Positions 61,513 through 64,000 of a stretch of 64,000 nt of DNA are shown piece by piece (position 1 is the first letter of the stretch; every line of letters begins with the position of its first letter). Source of the stretch: Candidatus Bathyarchaeota archaeon (GTDB lineage Archaea > Thermoproteota > Bathyarchaeia > Bathyarchaeales > Bathycorpusculaceae); assembly GCA_963772455.1 (NCBI GenBank), contig CAVYXJ010000020.1:24754-88753 (forward strand), given 5' to 3'. The notes beneath the pieces were generated by a model. That model saw nothing but the letters and a program-made list of their open reading frames with translations. It searched no databases and was not told the origin of the DNA. The translations under genes were made by a program, and so were the position numbers.

Positions 61513-62412
61513 CTACCCAAAAAGAGGTAAAGGCAAGCCCAAAAGCAATCCTGTTATTAATCCTGCGCCTAATCCCAACATTATGGGGAAAGGTAAACCT
61601 GGAAAAATGCCTTTCTTTTCCAACGCAAAAAAGGTTATAATTGAGCCAGCCAAGATTCCGATTACTGATGTTATTGTTGGCAGAATACTTTGAGGGAAAC
61701 TAAAAACCATAACACCCATCATCATTGAATAAAATACCAAATCGCCCAAACCCATTTGAATGTCCTTAAAAGAGAAACTCAAACCCTGAAGCATGTCAAG
61801 GCTTGATGAATTCGCTATTTTGCCAACTGGACCTTTGTAAACCGCAAAGACATCATAAACAGCAAGGAAAATTAGAAGTACAATTGCACTTGACAAGGGA
61901 ACATATTTGGCAAAGAAAATCCCAAGAGCACCTCCTAAACACACGACCACGACATTTCGAGCAGTACTTCCAAGACGGAAGATAGCAAGATCAAAAAGAA
62001 TAGTTATTCCAATTGCTGCAGCAGCTATTACATAATAAACACCCTCAAAATATGGAAAAAGCGCAAGCAAATACACAACCGACAGCAACAACGAAGCAGT
62101 CGTCATAGAAAGGACAATTAAACCTTTGATAACACGTTTGTTTTTTCGTTTAATCAAGACATAAAAGACTGCAGCAGCTAACGCTATTAATATTACAAAG
62201 TAAAGCCCATTCCCAAATGCCGCTTCAGGTGAATCTCCAATAATTGGTACAGCCTGAATGCCTCCTGTTTCTTGAGGCGCAAGCAAATAAGCACAGCCTA
62301 AACCGAAGATAAGGCTTGCCAGTATTGGAACCAAATAGATTATTTCAAATTTGAAATTATCCTGCTCTTTTGATTCGGATTTTGGCAATTCAGGTTTTGG
62401 TTGCTCAGTCAC
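61513..62412 (-). CDS. Presenilin/PSH family intramembrane aspartyl protease
   Basis: YD motif (AVYDVFAV), GLGD, PGLP (PAL-like), multiple TMs. Confidence 0.88.
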   Translation of the reverse strand: MTEQPKPELPKSESKEQDNFKFEIIYLVPILASLIFGLGCAYLLAPQETGGIQAVPIIGDSPEAAFGNGLYFVILIALAAAVFYVLIKRKNKRVIKGLIVLSMTTASLLLSVVYLLALFPYFEGVYYVIAAAAIGITILFDLAIFRLGSTARNVVVVCLGGALGIFFAKYVPLSSAIVLLIFLAVYDVFAVYKGPVGKIANSSSLDMLQGLSFSFKDIQMGLGDLVFYSMMMGVMVFSFPQSILPTITSVIGILAGSIITFFALEKKGIFPGLPFPIMLGLGAGLITGLLLGLPLPLFG

Positions 62413-62447
62413 GTTCTTAACCTAAAGATTTTATATGAATTTTTGAG

Positions 62448-63707
62448 CTATATTTGATAAGTTTCTCCAGTTCTCGGAGCCACAGCATCTAATCCCAACT
62501 CAGTTTTCGCCCAATTAGCAAAAAGTTCACAGTTACCTTCGGCTCCATGAACCACAAAGACTTTAGGATTGCCTCCAAGTCGCTTCAAGGCTTCTTTAAG
62601 CATGCTAGCACCGCAATGGGAAGAGAAATCAAAATGACGATATTTCGCTTTAATCTTTCGAACTTGCCCATCGATAGTGCATACGCCTTTCTCCATAAGT
62701 TCTCGACCTGGTGTACCGGGAATCTGGTAACTGACCAAAAAAACGGCGTTTTTTGCTTGATTACCAAGTTTTGAAACATAGAATGCTGCCGGCTTATCCG
62801 CCTTTAAGCATACCTGCAGTTGAAATAATCACTCCAGGCGTTTTAAGCGCTCGTCGTCTATCTCTCCAACCTTCCACCCAATCAGGCTGAATGCATAGCA
62901 TTCATGAAAAGCCTTGGGTCTTTGAGGAATTCCTTGTAATTCATAATTACTCGACTGGCTTCACGAGCCATTCCATCTAAGGTAACAGGGTAATCAAAAT
63001 GATGAGCAGCTAGAACAGTAGCCATTTCCTGTGAACGACCAACACCAAAAGAGGGCACTAATACAGTTCCGCCTGCTTCAGCAACTTCAGTGCATGCTTC
63101 TACGAATTGCTTTTCAAGCAGTGAACGTTCAGTATGATCTGAATCTGCATAAGTACTTTCTATAACGACCGCATCTAAATCTCCGTAGTCCATTGATGCA
63201 CCAGCTAAAAGTTTGCTTTCCTCCAAATTAAAGTCGCCAGTGTACAAGAAGCGTTTGCTTCAGCTTCAAGCAATACCTGAGAACTTCCGGGCGTATGACC
63301 AGCGTTGAACAATTTCATTTTCATATCCCCAATGGTTTCTTCAACGCCAAAATCCGGGTGCTGTTGTTATTCATCATTGTTTTGAGTTCAAGATATTCAA
63401 AAGGTAAATAATATCCTGACAGGTGAATGAAATCTTGAACCAGCAGTTGGGTTAACTCCAAACTAAGTTTGTTTGTGTACAATGGTTTTTTATCGTTAAT
63501 AAAAAAAATCGGTACAGCACCGGAATGGTCAAGGTGACTGTGAGTTAAGATAACAGCGTCAACCTCTTTAGGTGGGATATGCATGGGGAAACCTGGTTCA
63601 TTATCAAGCATAACACCGTAATCGCACACGACCTGAGTTTTCTCAGTTTCTACAGATACGCCTATTCTACCAACTTCTCTAGCTCCACCTAAAAATCCAA
63701 CTTGCAA
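62448..63707 (-). CDS. MBL-fold beta-CASP ribonuclease without KH domains, several frameshifts
   Basis: [38 protein letters not shown]. Confidence 0.88.
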
Positions 63708-63740
63708 TCAGGATCAATCCTATTTAGTTAATGTTAACGA

Positions 63741-64000
63741 CTAAAAATGAATCTTTGCTGTTTTAAATATGTATTGACCCTGAACTTGCATGTGCAAGCC
63801 CCGGCACCTTTCTACAGCTTTCAAAACAGCGTCCAAACTAAGCGAAGCATCAACTTTGTTGTAAACACTAAATAACTCTGACACTTGATGTGCATCACTT
63901 CCTGCGGTACCAGGTAAACCTAGACTTTTTGCGAATTCTTTAGCTTGATTATTGGCTCCTTACTAATCCCCCATTTTGAACTTCGATGGCATCAACTTTG
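63741..64000 (-). CDS. PHP-domain protein, C-terminal part (runs off the window)
   Basis: LGLPGTAGSDAH motif. Confidence 0.7.

Noticed and set aside
61513-62412. Prepilin peptidase for the pilus locus
   Set aside because: The YD/GLGD/PAL-like layout is presenilin-type rather than PibD/FlaK-type, and it sits among core genes 18 kb away

Overview
Archaeal chromosomal window, AT-rich; gene content suggests Bathyarchaeia or a related TACK lineage (inference). (1) About 1-30 kb is a surface-glycan/EPS cluster: a flippase, about nine glycosyltransferases, a DegT aminotransferase, RmlD, three methyltransferases, an APH-type kinase, a FemAB-like GNAT, DUF1616 and a Dol-P glycosyltransferase, interleaved with secreted proteins built from duplicated carbohydrate-binding-like modules. 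(2) About 30-49 kb is a signalling and pilus block: a triple-PAS histidine kinase, a stand-alone receiver, free-standing NitrOD5/DUF3227-like and TackOD1-like output-domain proteins, a type IV pilus locus (ATPase, two TadC-like proteins, three pilins), a divergent TFB paralogue transcribed head-to-head with the major pilin, an invasin-like adhesin, and wHTH and PadR regulators. Several promoters here share a dyad (A/T)TGAAT-N5-ATTCA(T/A), usually next to the TATA box. (3) About 49-56.5 kb is an eroded island at tRNA-Ala(CGC), with three degenerate tRNA copies bounding small cassettes, three toxin-antitoxin modules, a direct-repeat-flanked RelE module and an iteron-like origin remnant; no integrase is visible. 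(4) About 56.5-64 kb holds core genes (ileS, DUF362, a presenilin-type protease, a beta-CASP nuclease, PHP). Many genes after about 32 kb carry single-base frameshifts, most likely sequencing errors. All domain calls come from motif recognition by eye; no database search was run.
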